Part shown: piece after piece, positions 63,748 to 64,000 of the stretch
How positions within the stretch are numbered: position 1 is the first letter of the stretch
How the letters are laid out: the number at the start of each line of letters is the position of its first letter
Source of the DNA: a virus
Length of the DNA stretch: 64,000 nt
IMG/VR virus record: IMGVR_UViG_3300047472_000281
Location: 6,334 to 70,333 of that record
Direction: 5' to 3' (one strand)
The notes under the pieces: model-generated
The model's input: only the letters and a program-made list of their open reading frames with translations
Database searches by the model: none
What the model was told of the DNA's origin: nothing
Made by a program: the position numbers and the translations under genes

Positions 63748-64000
63748 CTAGGCGGCCTCTGACCATCGACGGATGATCTTCTGCGCTTGAATTGGCGGTA
63801 TGATCGCCGTGATGTGCGCTGCCCAGCGGATCTCGACGTCTTCAAGCGTTGGTCCCAGTATCGACTGAAGGTCAAAGCGACCGGTTGCCGATCCTCGCAT
63901 CAACCGCTTTACAAGGACGCGGCCATCCATTGTTTCCACGATCACCACCCTGTTGAGCATGTCCTTGCCAGGCTTGGTGACTTGTTCCTCGAAGTAGAGC
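63748..64000 (-). CDS. CI-like repressor C-terminus (S24 peptidase domain), 5' end outside window
   Basis: DGRVLVKRL, FDLQS, DVEIRWAA motifs; sits upstream of PL-like promoter. Confidence 0.8.
   Translation of the reverse strand, partial: LYFEEQVTKPGKDMLNRVVIVETMDGRVLVKRLMRGSATGRFDLQSILGPTLEDVEIRWAAHITAIIPPIQAQKIIRRWSEAA

Larger units (their letters stand above)
1..64000. mobile_element. Temperate lambda-like siphophage genome (near complete, excised/attP configuration)
   Basis: Continuous phage modules (replication, GpA terminase, lambda portal, protease-capsid, tail tube, tape measure, tail tip, lysis, attP-int-xis, repressor) with no host housekeeping genes. Confidence 0.95.

Overview
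The whole window is one GC-rich, lambda-like temperate siphophage genome. The host is probably an alphaproteobacterium, plausibly Caulobacterales; this is inferred from a SciP homolog, a GAAC-N7-GAAC LexA box and TGATTCG motifs. The + strand carries replication genes (DnaB, initiator with internal origin), packaging, head, tail and lysis modules (1-38.9 kb). The - strand carries an accessory block (38.9-48.7 kb), an intact attP whose core is the 3' half of tRNA-Thr(UGU), integrase/excisionase, an early-left operon (two C5-methyltransferases, exonuclease, ASCH, DUF5131, HhH glycosylase-like, SciP-like) and the 3' end of a CI-like repressor. Arm repeats and phage genes on both sides of the att core suggest the excised or virion form. 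The most unusual element is a 7-kb array (41.5-48.7 kb) in which almost every gene is preceded by the same ~40-nt element (CAATCAGCC box, GC hairpin with ATGYG loop, AAGGAAC Shine-Dalgarno). Its stems covary in a strand-specific way, and the array sits behind one predicted promoter and a structured leader. Also notable are an extra nuclease-less terminase ATPase paralog, a third terminase-motif fragment, phage copies of host cell-cycle regulators and an apparently catalytically dead NlpC/P60 protein. All product calls come from reading motifs by eye; no database searches were run.
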